Positions 18,046-27,497 of a stretch of 64,000 nucleotides of DNA are shown in pieces. How positions within the stretch are numbered: position 1 is the stretch's first letter; the number at the start of each line of letters is the position of its first letter. The notes under the pieces are model-generated. The model was not told the origin of the DNA. It made no database searches and saw only the letters and a list, made by a program, of their open reading frames with translations. Source of the stretch: an uncultured Chlamydiae bacterium (GTDB taxonomy: Bacteria > Chlamydiota > Chlamydiia > Chlamydiales > Parachlamydiaceae); NCBI GenBank assembly GCA_963830365.1, contig CAWHMU010000036.1, positions 64,884 through 128,883 on the forward strand, written 5' to 3'. A program made the position numbers and the translations under genes.

Positions 18046-18075
18046 TAAAGGATTTAACTTGTGGTTACCTATCGC

Positions 18076-18945
18076 CTAGCAGCTTTCAACCAGCTGGCGC
18101 AGGTTGGCGCCATAGCTGTTTTTTCCATGGCGGTCGGCTAATATCTTAAGCTGGCCGAGATCGATGAACTTCTGTCTGAAGGCCACTTCTTCCAGGCAAG
18201 CGATGCAATGGCCTTGGCGCTCTTCAAGCACCTGTACAAATTGGCCGGCTTGCATCAAGGTCTCATATGAGCCGGCATCAAGCCAGGCAAAGCCTCTACC
18301 AAGGATGTTGACGGTGGCCTGGCCTCTTTTCAGATATTCCCTATTGACATCGGTGATTTCAAGTTCGCCGCGGGCCGAAGGTGTCAGCCGGCTGGCGATA
18401 TCGACGACATGGTTATCATAAAAGTATAGTCCGGTAACGGCGATATTGGACTTGGGGTGTTTAGGCTTTTCCTCGATGGATAGGGCGTTGCCATGGGCGT
18501 CGATTTCTACCACGCCATAGTGTTCGGGAGCTTTGACCTCGTAGCCAAAAAGGGTGGCGCCTTCTTCTTTCTCACGAGCTTTGGCCAATAGGGGTCCCAG
18601 ATGATTGCCATAGAAGATGTTATCGCCGAGGATCAGGCAGACGGGGCTGTTGCCGATAAAATCTTTGCCGATGATGAAGGCTTCAGCCAACCCATTAGGT
18701 TTAGGTTGGACAGCATAGCTGAAATTGACGCCCAGATGGGATCCATCTTTAAGTAGTCGTTGGAATTGGGGTTGTTCTTCGGGAGTAGTGATGATCAAGA
18801 TGTCTTTGATGTTAGCCAGCATCAAGACTGAGATCGGATAGTAAATCATGGGCTTATTGTAGACAGGCAGTAGTTGCTTGGATACCCCCAGAGTCAGAGG
18901 ATGAAGGCGAGTTCCGCTTCCACCTGCTAATACAATGCCTTTCAT
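18076..18945 (-). CDS. rfbA: Glucose-1-phosphate thymidylyltransferase
   Basis: [37 protein letters not shown] is the canonical RmlA N-terminus. 289 aa. Confidence 0.95.
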   Translation of the reverse strand: MKGIVLAGGSGTRLHPLTLGVSKQLLPVYNKPMIYYPISVLMLANIKDILIITTPEEQPQFQRLLKDGSHLGVNFSYAVQPKPNGLAEAFIIGKDFIGNSPVCLILGDNIFYGNHLGPLLAKAREKEEGATLFGYEVKAPEHYGVVEIDAHGNALSIEEKPKHPKSNIAVTGLYFYDNHVVDIASRLTPSARGELEITDVNREYLKRGQATVNILGRGFAWLDAGSYETLMQAGQFVQVLEERQGHCIACLEEVAFRQKFIDLGQLKILADRHGKNSYGANLRQLVESC

Positions 18946-19210
18946 AATTTTCTCCTTAGAAGTGTCAACGAGCTGATGTTGGAAGAATCATACTGATTAT
19001 GACAAATGAGTCAACAACACCTTGCCTACACAAATTGTATTCAAGGCAAGATGTAATAGCAAAAGCATCTTAACCAGCTATAGATCAATAGTTTAATATG
19101 AACGGCAGAAGCTGGGCTGGAAAAGCACGATAATGATTCCATTTTCTGCAGCAACGTGATAGTTATATGATAGTGATAAAATCCAAAGCGAATTTGTATC
19201 AGGAATTATT

Positions 19211-20110
19211 ATGGATAATCAGCCTTTAAATGCGCCAAAGCCCTATACGGAAGCAGATTATGTCCACCCGGAAGTAATGCTGCAAGAAAAATATGGACAA
19301 AAGTCGATCATCAAAAAAATCCTGGATGTGATTTTGTCTTGGTATTTCGAGCTGCTATGGTTTTTGATACTGGCCTATCGGGTCGTGTTTTCTAAGCCCG
19401 CCTTCCCTTATCACAGGCAAGGCGACCCCCTGGCCTGGAAAATAAACAGCCGTGGTTTATATGTCTTCATCCATGGGCTTAGGCTCCACCCTGCAGTTTG
19501 GATGGATCATTTAGATAAGCTTGCCGATGAAAAGGATCCGGTCGATGTGTTGGTGCCTTATGTTTTTAAAGGGGGTGAATGCTCTCTAGAAGTGGCTTCA
19601 GAGTCTATTTTGGCAGGAATATTGGATTATATAAAAGCACATCCCGGCAGGCCGGTATGCATCATCGGCCTTTCCAATGGCGGCAGGATTGGTTTATGGC
19701 TCGAATGCCATTTGAGAAAACTGGCACCTGATGTGTGCGTTAAAATATCTTCAATTTCCGGTGTTTTTTTCGGCACACGCACCGTAGATAGGCTGAAGCG
19801 TTCATTTTTGACCAGGTGGATGGTAGGCTGCGATGCCGTATGTGAAGAGATGTCCTTTGGCAGTGCTACTGCGCGGGCGCTGCTGGATCTGGCGAAGGCG
19901 CCATTTGCGCCGGGCAAGCGGGATTATGAATTCTATGCCTGTACTGAGGATATCGAGCTTAGTAATTTATGCACCGCCTTGCCAATGCTTAACAAGGGGG
20001 AACGCTATTATGTCGTGCAAGGCAAAGGCCATCACAGCATCTTGCCGGTGATTTATAAGCAGCAGATGGATGGCTGCCGTCAATGGATCCGTGCGCATCA
20101 ACACCAATAG
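19211..20110 (+). CDS. Alpha/beta-hydrolase (DUF676/PGAP1-like putative esterase/lipase) with N-terminal TM segment
   Basis: YVFIHGLRLHPAVW (oxyanion region), nucleophile elbow IIGLSNGGRIG (G-x-S-x-G), late GKGHHSI. Hydrophobic segment ELLWFLILAYRVVF. Confidence 0.6.
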   Translation: MDNQPLNAPKPYTEADYVHPEVMLQEKYGQKSIIKKILDVILSWYFELLWFLILAYRVVFSKPAFPYHRQGDPLAWKINSRGLYVFIHGLRLHPAVWMDHLDKLADEKDPVDVLVPYVFKGGECSLEVASESILAGILDYIKAHPGRPVCIIGLSNGGRIGLWLECHLRKLAPDVCVKISSISGVFFGTRTVDRLKRSFLTRWMVGCDAVCEEMSFGSATARALLDLAKAPFAPGKRDYEFYACTEDIELSNLCTALPMLNKGERYYVVQGKGHHSILPVIYKQQMDGCRQWIRAHQHQ

Positions 20111-20120
20111 GCTTTAGAGG

Positions 20121-20954
20121 CTAATTTGGCGGCCGGGCGGAGACTTTTGATACTTGGCCGATATTGTGGTTATAAATTTTCTGCCAGCGCCCGTCCTTTT
20201 TTATCCGGCCTAAAGCGCGATTTATGGTGTGTTGCAGTTCTTTACAACCTTTTTTCATGGCGATGCCATAGCTTTCCAGGGCCAGTTCACCGCCAATGAA
20301 ACGGTAATCTTGCAGGTAATTAGGGGCGTTTTCCCTCAATCCCAACAGCATGACATCATCAATGCTAAAGGCCTGGATCTGGCCCTGCCGCAGGGCTTGG
20401 AAGCCGGCAGATAAGCTGTCAAACCTGGCGATGGTGGCATCGGGCAGAAATTTAGTTGTGATGGTGGTATTGGTGGTACCGCTGAGGATGCCGACGGTTT
20501 GGTTGCGGAGGTCTGCCAGTGAATTAAAGGCGCTATTGGCCAGCACCAGCAGTGACTGGCCGGCGATGTAATAAACATCGGAAAAGTCTACCTGCGTTTG
20601 GCGTTCTTTGGTGATGGAAAGTTCTGCTAAAACGATATCTACCTTGCCTTCCTGCAGCAGGATGAGTCTGTTTTGTGGATGGACGATGACAAATTCAACT
20701 TTATTTTCATCTCCCAACAGCTCCTTTGCAAGGGCATGCGACAGGTCGATATCAAAACCTTCCAGTTGAAATGTTTTAGGATTCATATAGCTAAAATAGG
20801 GATCGTCATTGTAAGTCCCTACCAATAATCTTCCTCTAGACAGTATTGAAGACAAGGTAGCACAGGTCGAGTCGCTTTCTGCATCAGCCGAGAGGCTGGC
20901 AAAAGACAAACAAAGGCCGGTAAATATGGAAAGGGTGTAGAGGATGAGCGGCAT
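20121..20954 (-). CDS. Polar amino-acid ABC transporter substrate-binding protein (SBP family 3)
   Basis: Signal peptide MPLILYTLSIFTGLCLSFASLSA, then LLVGTYNDDPYFSY, GFDIDL and a typical two-lobe SBP_bac_3 layout. The tracked ORF extends to a TTG at 21032; the ATG at 20954 is preferred. Confidence 0.8.
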   Translation of the reverse strand: MPLILYTLSIFTGLCLSFASLSADAESDSTCATLSSILSRGRLLVGTYNDDPYFSYMNPKTFQLEGFDIDLSHALAKELLGDENKVEFVIVHPQNRLILLQEGKVDIVLAELSITKERQTQVDFSDVYYIAGQSLLVLANSAFNSLADLRNQTVGILSGTTNTTITTKFLPDATIARFDSLSAGFQALRQGQIQAFSIDDVMLLGLRENAPNYLQDYRFIGGELALESYGIAMKKGCKELQHTINRALGRIKKDGRWQKIYNHNIGQVSKVSARPPN

Positions 20955-21085
20955 ATGTTTCCTGGTTAAGGATAATATTTTCAACCTACCGCGATATACG
21001 GCCCATTGCAAGCAAAAGTGATGAATTCCCAAGAATGCATGGTGAGCGCTTTAGATATAAGCATGTGCATCAACCTGAAAAATAA

Positions 21086-21295
21086 GGTTCATCACATAAA
21101 TGAGCACCTAATTAACAAAACCCTAAGAGCAAGCCCCATTTTTCTTCGCTGTGCCTCTGTGTCTCGGTGGTGAAGGTTTTCGTAACATGTTGAATAATAA
21201 TGCTATACCACCAGCCGGCAGATTTTACCACAGAGGCAAAGAGTCTATAGAGAAGGTCGGGAAAACCTCATGGGTATTCCTTTGTGTGATGAGCC
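21086..21295. mobile_element. 210-bp MITE with ISL3-type terminal inverted repeats
   Basis: Left IR at 21086..21109: GGTTCATCACATAAATGAGCACCT. Right IR at 21272..21295: GGGTATTCCTTTGTGTGATGAGCC. Flanking 8-mers are AAAAATAA / AAAAATGA (7/8). The interior has a CTCTGTG / CACAGAG hairpin and a block (AGCCCCATTT.TCTTCG) that is also present just inside the ISL3 right end. Confidence 0.75.
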
Positions 21296-21402
21296 AAAAA
21301 TGACAGGATAGACAAGATAGTCAGGATAAACAAAACAGGGGCGTAAGTTCTCAAAAACGCATGCCGAAAGCTGTGCCATGAGTTTTTGGGAACTTACAGT
21401 TT

Positions 21403-22338
21403 TTAATCATCATTGGAAATGACCTGTTGTGCACGCATGAAATCCCGGATTTCTTTTTTATCATTGAGGATACTATCGTTGACAAAAGTCAGCGGCTCTT
21501 CCGTATTTGAAAGAGCGATAGGTGGATAAGCTGCCAGCAAGCTGACATCCCAACTTGCTCCCTTTGAAAGAAGGAATTTGATGACTTCAAGCTGTTCAGT
21601 CTCCGAATCTGAATCGGGAGACTGACATACTAACCATAGCAGGTAGGTAAGCCCCTGAGGATCAATGTGGTGGTTGTTAAGGATTAGCTTGCAGAACTCC
21701 GGGTTGCTAGGAAAATCCGGCTTTGTGCTGATCAAGATTGCCCACCCCAGTGCTTCCTTATCATCACAGCGCGTTCCTTCTGGCAATGGCGGGACATTAG
21801 GCTTGACCCCTTCTTCGATCAACATTTGTAATAGCTGAAGATTTTCTATCGCTCCGAATATAATTGGATCGAAGATCTCGGCATTGCGGTTGGCATGTAT
21901 AAATTCGCGCAGGGTTTTATTGTATTTTGCATGCGATAGCGGTCCAGCATTTTTTTCTTCGGGTATGGAAGCGATGAATTTTGCTATGCTTTCACTATCA
22001 TAATCCATTCCCTCTATTTCTTCTTTGGCTTTGTTAAGCTCAAGCAGGAAAGCATCATTGAGATATTGATAATGAGAGTCAATGGCGTTTTGATAGATTT
22101 TCGATTTTTCTGTGGAACCATTTTCATCAGCCCCATCCTTTTCCTCAGGCTCAGCTATTAAGTTGATGGCGGCATCCACGTCAATATGTAGAGTTTTGGC
22201 CGCCGTTTCCCAGGCATGCCAGTCTACCACGGTTTGCACCTTGGCATCAGTGGATGAAAGTTGGCGAGGCAGGGCTTCGGATAGGGCTTTTGGAAAATCT
22301 GTAAAATCAAGCGATGAGTTTTGAATGGAGGGGGTCAT
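21403..22338 (-). CDS. Hypothetical protein, weakly ankyrin-repeat-like C-terminal half (candidate effector)
   Basis: 311 aa with coding-like composition. Segments such as LQLLQMLIEEGVKPNV and LEVIKFLLSKGASWDV resemble ANK helices. No catalytic motif recognised. Confidence 0.4.
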   Translation of the reverse strand: MTPSIQNSSLDFTDFPKALSEALPRQLSSTDAKVQTVVDWHAWETAAKTLHIDVDAAINLIAEPEEKDGADENGSTEKSKIYQNAIDSHYQYLNDAFLLELNKAKEEIEGMDYDSESIAKFIASIPEEKNAGPLSHAKYNKTLREFIHANRNAEIFDPIIFGAIENLQLLQMLIEEGVKPNVPPLPEGTRCDDKEALGWAILISTKPDFPSNPEFCKLILNNHHIDPQGLTYLLWLVCQSPDSDSETEQLEVIKFLLSKGASWDVSLLAAYPPIALSNTEEPLTFVNDSILNDKKEIRDFMRAQQVISNDD

Positions 22339-22367
22339 AGAAACTCCTGTTCTAAATTTGTTACTTG

Positions 22368-24167
22368 TTATCTTTCTGCCAGCATTTCTTGCACGATTGC
22401 AAAGCGCGCCGCAGCCTGTCGCATCGTCGGCCGGCTATTGGGGTCGATATCGGTCATGCCTTTGAGTAATCTCCCCAGCTCATCTAGTGCATAGGGATCG
22501 GCAAGCTTCATTTCTGTCATCCCAGCGACCAAGGCATCGATATAACGGTCTTTTTCAGCCTCGATCTTCTTCAAGCTGTCTTTTGAGGTGGCTACTGCCA
22601 TATTTTTAGCTTGCGTTGTTAGTCCCCAAAAGGTCTGCGTTCTTGTATGGTTGGCTTCTATGGCATTGAAGCATTTACCCTCGATCACAAAGACTTCAAA
22701 ACCCTCTCTTACTTTTCCTTTTTTCTCATGGCTATTGGCCGCGATGAAAGCACCCTTTTCTTTGGGTTCGATAAGTGAGCGCAAAGTATGATCGCTTAGT
22801 CTTTTATGGGCAAGCACTTGCTGTTCGAAAAGACGGATCAACTTGATACCGGTAGAGCATACATCACCTGTCATACTTAAGCGATTCTCCCATGGGGCGA
22901 AGCGCGTATTGCCTTTATGGATAGTTGGCTTAGTATGGGCGATTTCGGCTTTACCCCAGTCAGATATCATAACAGATATTTTGCCGTTTTTTATGCTATA
23001 TAAAACGTTCTCTGGTTTGATGTCGCCGTGGACATAACCTGCCGCATGCAAATCTGCCATGCCGTTTAAAATTTGCGAGGCACAATCAACCAGCTGTTCA
23101 GGTTTGCATTGATTGCTTCTGATAAGCTTTTCCAGGTCGCCATCAGCCTTAAGGGTCTCCACCGTGAAGAGGCCGTTAATTTTCTGCTTATCATCGACAA
23201 TGCGAATGTCGAGCGCCAGATTCTGTCCCCTTGCCACAGCTTTTTCTATCCGGCCACTATTTTTAGCAGCACTAAAATATTGCTTTAGTTTAAGCAGGTC
23301 TTCTGTGGGGATTTCCTTATGGGGGGCTGTCGCAGCATCGATTTCCGTTTTCAGTGCTTTAACGCTGTCGAATGCCGAAAGATAGCCGATGATCATAGCA
23401 TCATTCGACAGCTTAAGTGGCATAACTTCGTTGGCCAGCAAGTCATATAACACGGCTTTATTAAGTTTCTGCAGAATATTCTGTGCAGTCTTGATTTCAT
23501 CGATCAGTTCCTTTTCAGCAGCTTTATTGCCTGCCAGGGCAGTATAAAACACTTTGTCGGGGACATGATCATCCACCCAAACTTGTTTGACGGCTCCCTG
23601 GGTAAGAGGTCTAATCGAGCTTTTACTTTCTGTTTCAGTATCATTGGCTGTTTTAGGTAAGGCAGCCATAGTTTTGGATGTCACATCGCTTTTTTTAGCT
23701 TCAGCTGCAGGGGTTTTCAGATGGTGGTCGGCAACTACATCCGTTTTTAAGGCAGCAAGCTTTTGTAGATCAAGAGGTTGTTCTGTTTTTTTGCTGAGGA
23801 GAAGCGCCCCGTCCACATGGTCTGTTTTGGGAAGATCACGGATCGATTCTTCAGCTGATTCTTTGCCGGACGAGGTGGCGGATTGGGACAGTGTATCTTC
23901 ATTGACTGGTAAAATAGAGAATGATGTTTTTTGTAAATCCGCGGCAGAAGATAAGAGGGCGAGATCTGATGGGATAGCGGTGTAATGAACGGCATCGGCT
24001 TTTACTGTCTGGGCAGTGGTGGAATCATTCTTTAAAAAATCTTCATGGTTAATTTTTATAAACGCATGTCCGTCATGTACCACAGACTCTTGATCCAAAG
24101 ATATTGGCTTCTTAAATTCTGAGGGTTCGAACGGCGCCCTAGTGGATTGACTAATTTCGTCTACCAT
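22368..24167 (-). CDS. Eukaryotic-like Ser/Thr protein kinase domain protein with long disordered N-terminal half
   Basis: Catalytic loop HAAGYVHGDIKPENVLY, DFG-equivalent ISDWGKA, APE-equivalent RFAPWE. The first ~300 aa are low-complexity and Ser/Thr/Ala/Lys-rich. Confidence 0.75.
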   Translation of the reverse strand: MVDEISQSTRAPFEPSEFKKPISLDQESVVHDGHAFIKINHEDFLKNDSTTAQTVKADAVHYTAIPSDLALLSSAADLQKTSFSILPVNEDTLSQSATSSGKESAEESIRDLPKTDHVDGALLLSKKTEQPLDLQKLAALKTDVVADHHLKTPAAEAKKSDVTSKTMAALPKTANDTETESKSSIRPLTQGAVKQVWVDDHVPDKVFYTALAGNKAAEKELIDEIKTAQNILQKLNKAVLYDLLANEVMPLKLSNDAMIIGYLSAFDSVKALKTEIDAATAPHKEIPTEDLLKLKQYFSAAKNSGRIEKAVARGQNLALDIRIVDDKQKINGLFTVETLKADGDLEKLIRSNQCKPEQLVDCASQILNGMADLHAAGYVHGDIKPENVLYSIKNGKISVMISDWGKAEIAHTKPTIHKGNTRFAPWENRLSMTGDVCSTGIKLIRLFEQQVLAHKRLSDHTLRSLIEPKEKGAFIAANSHEKKGKVREGFEVFVIEGKCFNAIEANHTRTQTFWGLTTQAKNMAVATSKDSLKKIEAEKDRYIDALVAGMTEMKLADPYALDELGRLLKGMTDIDPNSRPTMRQAAARFAIVQEMLAER

Positions 24168-24185
24168 AAAAAACCGCTTGTTATA

Positions 24186-24724
24186 GGTTCATCGCACAAT
24201 CGCGTACCTCCCCATATGTAAACTAATGGAGGATGTTAAATAAATCATACATAATGGCAAATTGCGCGTTCGACCCTGTGAAGGAAGGATTTGAGCTGGC
24301 ACTGCCATACAAGAGATAGGGCACAAGCCATGAGAACATTTTTACAGCCTCGATAGAGGCGGCAGCATGTAGCCACATGCGTCAGCGTGTGGTCATCGCA
24401 TGTTTAGAAACAAAGCCGTGAATACGGCGGCAGCAATGACTAAAGGATAGTATATACTATAATAATTGCATCTAATTCAGCTTCCATCGAAATTGCTGTC
24501 GCCGTATTCACGGCTCTCTTTATACTACATTTTATTCCATAGGTTGACACCTATGGCTACATGCTGCCGCCTCTATCGAGGCTAATTAGACCTTCTGTGC
24601 TAGAATGCCGATTTGTTTCAAAAAGAATATTACAAATAGATCATTACTTCTCATATTTCAACAATCAATTACTAAGGCTTTTTGACGAATCATCATGGGC
24701 AGGTACTCATTTGTGCGATGAACC
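24186..24724. mobile_element. 539-bp MITE with ISL3-type 24-bp terminal inverted repeats and perfect 8-bp target-site duplication
   Basis: IRs GGTTCATCGCACAATCGCGTACCT (24186..24209) and AGGTACTCATTTGTGCGATGAACC (24701..24724). TTGTTATA is present at both 24178..24185 and 24725..24732. Nested internal palindromes: a perfect 30-bp pair at 24346..24375 / 24554..24583 and a 24-bp pair (1 mismatch) at 24414..24437 / 24492..24515. No ORF. Confidence 0.88.
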
Positions 24725-24914
24725 TTGTTATAACGCTTGACTAGGCTTTTTTTATTTATAGTTACATAAGTCAATTATATCATGGCAAATATTTATTATG
24801 CTAAATTAAGGTCGGTTAGATTAGAATCTGTTTTGTTTTCATGGTTTGTCTGGGTTTCTATCTATAAAATGGATATAACTGGCTATTTTTGGCTGATTTT
24901 TTAATAATAAGCAC

Positions 24915-26429
24915 ATGGCAATAACTAATCCCCTTGCAGATTTTATATCTTCCGCCGATGCATTTTTAACTGATGGCAAGCTGTCTGCCTTGCGCATTAC
25001 TAAAAACAAGTCGGGCAGGTATCGTTTTTTTGATGAAGGCTGCTCGCTTTGTCAACGCATCACAGGGCTGTTTTGGCCGTCCATGAGGCCGCACGAGAAT
25101 CAGACGCTGGCGAGTTTAAAAAGTATCATCGGCCATCGCAGGCTTAAGCGCATTTTTTTTAAGAAAGAGCTGCAACTTGATCCCTGTCTGCTTAAAGACA
25201 ATCGTTTGGTGCTGACGCGTGAGCTGGTACATAAGATTTTGATCGGACTTGCCGATGTCCGCCTCGAAGATCTGCAGGAGCTGGCCAAGAAGAAGTGTAA
25301 ATCGCTAAGCAAAATGGCTACAGCCGAAATCGATGCTTTATATGCCGAACTTATGCCTTACACGATCATAGCGAATCCTTTGCTACGCCATTGCCAAGCC
25401 GTCAAGTATTTCGACAAGGTGTCCACCAGCGGCCAGGGATTTTCAGGACTGCAGGAACGTGTATGGACAATTTTACAAGCTAAAGATGGCGTGGTGAATG
25501 GGATCCATGCCACACCGATGCATGCCAAGATGGCTGATGTTGAAATGCTTACCTCAAGACTGGCCGACCGCGAGCCGCCGCCCGGCACGGTTATGCGCCT
25601 GCATGACGGCTATTTTGTGGTCGAGCGCATTTTCGCCAAAGGCGGCGCCCATGTCAGTGTGCTGGCTGAAATTTCAGCGCCAGTGCCAAGAACGCTACTG
25701 CTTTGCCGCGGCACAGCCACCCGCTTTAATGCCAATAATGGCTACTTATCGACGTTTAATGATTGCCTGATGGAGATCGGGAGTCTGGGAATAAAAAGGA
25801 TTTGGCCGGAAATAAGGGATTATTTAAAGGAAAAGTGCATTGCGCAGGTGGAGCTCCTGGGCAAGAGTCTGGGAGGAGCGCACGCCCAATATTTGACGGT
25901 GTTGATAGGCGGGACAACCTCGACTGCTGTCAATCGCCTTACCACCTGCTGCTCGGTAGGCGTGCCTGTGGAAATCCAGGAAATATTCGCCCGCGATGTG
26001 GTCAAGCATATGGGACGGAAACCCGAAATCCTGATCCTGCGCAATGCCGGCGATCCGCAGCGCTATGAGGTCGATGACATCCCGGCAGTCGGCGGTCCGC
26101 ATCTGCATACGCGAGATACCACCAAAATCTACCAGCTGGTGCCGCAGTCAAGTTCTGCACTTGAAGCACAGATTGAATCAAGAGGCCTCGTCAGACAGGT
26201 TTTTGATCTATTTCAATCTTTGCGGCATGCGCACCAGCGCCAAACGACGCTTAAGGCATTTCATGTAAATGAGGTTGAAGACATACTGCAAGAAGTTAAC
26301 ATGGGGACGCGCCTTGAGACGGTTAGAAAATTTGCGGCCGTCATCTTTGACCAGCTGACTTTTGGCTGGGTCAATGGTCAGTCGTTTGAAAGCTTCTATC
26401 AGGCTGCCGGGGCGTCTGTTCTTCTGTAG
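24915..26429 (+). CDS. Putative lipase/alpha-beta hydrolase-like protein (candidate effector)
   Basis: 504 aa. Nucleophile-elbow-like ELLGKSLGGAHAQYL (G-x-S-x-G) in the C-terminal half. No other recognisable domain. The 3' end overlaps the convergent ORF 26371..27435 by 59 nt. Confidence 0.55.
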   Translation: MAITNPLADFISSADAFLTDGKLSALRITKNKSGRYRFFDEGCSLCQRITGLFWPSMRPHENQTLASLKSIIGHRRLKRIFFKKELQLDPCLLKDNRLVLTRELVHKILIGLADVRLEDLQELAKKKCKSLSKMATAEIDALYAELMPYTIIANPLLRHCQAVKYFDKVSTSGQGFSGLQERVWTILQAKDGVVNGIHATPMHAKMADVEMLTSRLADREPPPGTVMRLHDGYFVVERIFAKGGAHVSVLAEISAPVPRTLLLCRGTATRFNANNGYLSTFNDCLMEIGSLGIKRIWPEIRDYLKEKCIAQVELLGKSLGGAHAQYLTVLIGGTTSTAVNRLTTCCSVGVPVEIQEIFARDVVKHMGRKPEILILRNAGDPQRYEVDDIPAVGGPHLHTRDTTKIYQLVPQSSSALEAQIESRGLVRQVFDLFQSLRHAHQRQTTLKAFHVNEVEDILQEVNMGTRLETVRKFAAVIFDQLTFGWVNGQSFESFYQAAGASVLL

Positions 26430-27435
26430 GCGGATTGGCAACCCCTTGCATGGAATTGATATCCCCAAAACCATTATTCAAAAGCGCTTTTCTAAGGTCG
26501 TTAATGAAGTAATTATCATCTTTCATCGCCTGCTCAGTATTGACAGGGAAGATCTGCTTATGCAAGAGGTCATTTGTGGAGGCTTGTTTGGCCGATATAT
26601 CTAGGGTATTGAAGATATCTTTCTTTTGTCCGGTGGCATTATCGTCCCACGCTAATTCTAAAACGCGCATTTCACGCTTCTTACCCAGAGCATCACAGAC
26701 CACGATTTTGTGGCCTTGAGAATCGAATATGAAGGGCTTGCCGGAAGTGCCGAGCTCGCCACTTTTATTCCAGCTTGGCCAATCATCCTGGATGGCAAAA
26801 TGTGCTTTTGATGTTACAAACAAATTAAAGATATTGTCAGCACCTGCGAATTCCCCTTCCCCTTCAAGTTGTAATTTTTGTCCTGCAAATTTACCCCAAC
26901 GCGCGAATTTTATTCCCGAGGGATGCCGCTCGATCTCTTCAGCAACGTGTTTACGATCATCGCCGAAGGTGCGCAGCTTCATGACATAGGGAATGTTTAG
27001 AGCTTTTAATTTTTCCAGTAGTTTATAGAAAGAGGGAAAGACTTTAGGCTGGATTTTGCCAGTGACAGCATCGGTAAATTTAGTCTTGATCTGCACATAA
27101 TCTGCCAACACATCATTCTTCAGGGGGTGTTTGCTGGCGACAAGAAAATGTAAGAATTTATCAATAACTTTAAGCCGCTTTTTCTTGAGCGGCTGATCGC
27201 TTTTGTCGCCCGGCATCAGCACGTTATCGACATAGTCTTTGTATGACAGCGCGCCATGTTTCCCATCCCAATCATAGAAAGTGTTTTTAGCCAGCGCAGA
27301 AATCAGCATCTGCTGCCAGCCGGCCCCTTTGCTGCTATCTTGGAGGATGATCGTTCCGTTCAAATCGAAGTCTATCAACAAAAGAGGCATGGCGGGCTGG
27401 TGATATACATGATTTGCAGAAAGCAAGATGAACAC
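26371..27435 (-). CDS. Hypothetical protein with HAD-like N-terminal motif
   Basis: PLLLIDFDLNGTI resembles HAD motif I, with later FGDD / IQDD acidic motifs. The likely start is the internal ATG at 27390 (MPLLLIDF). Function not established. Confidence 0.4.
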   Translation of the reverse strand: MFILLSANHVYHQPAMPLLLIDFDLNGTIILQDSSKGAGWQQMLISALAKNTFYDWDGKHGALSYKDYVDNVLMPGDKSDQPLKKKRLKVIDKFLHFLVASKHPLKNDVLADYVQIKTKFTDAVTGKIQPKVFPSFYKLLEKLKALNIPYVMKLRTFGDDRKHVAEEIERHPSGIKFARWGKFAGQKLQLEGEGEFAGADNIFNLFVTSKAHFAIQDDWPSWNKSGELGTSGKPFIFDSQGHKIVVCDALGKKREMRVLELAWDDNATGQKKDIFNTLDISAKQASTNDLLHKQIFPVNTEQAMKDDNYFINDLRKALLNNGFGDINSMQGVANPPTEEQTPRQPDRSFQTTDH

Positions 27436-27497
27436 CTCACGTATTTATGTCGGGTATGGTTGTTTAAAAAACTAGCTGCTGGAAGTTCTGCCAAGCG

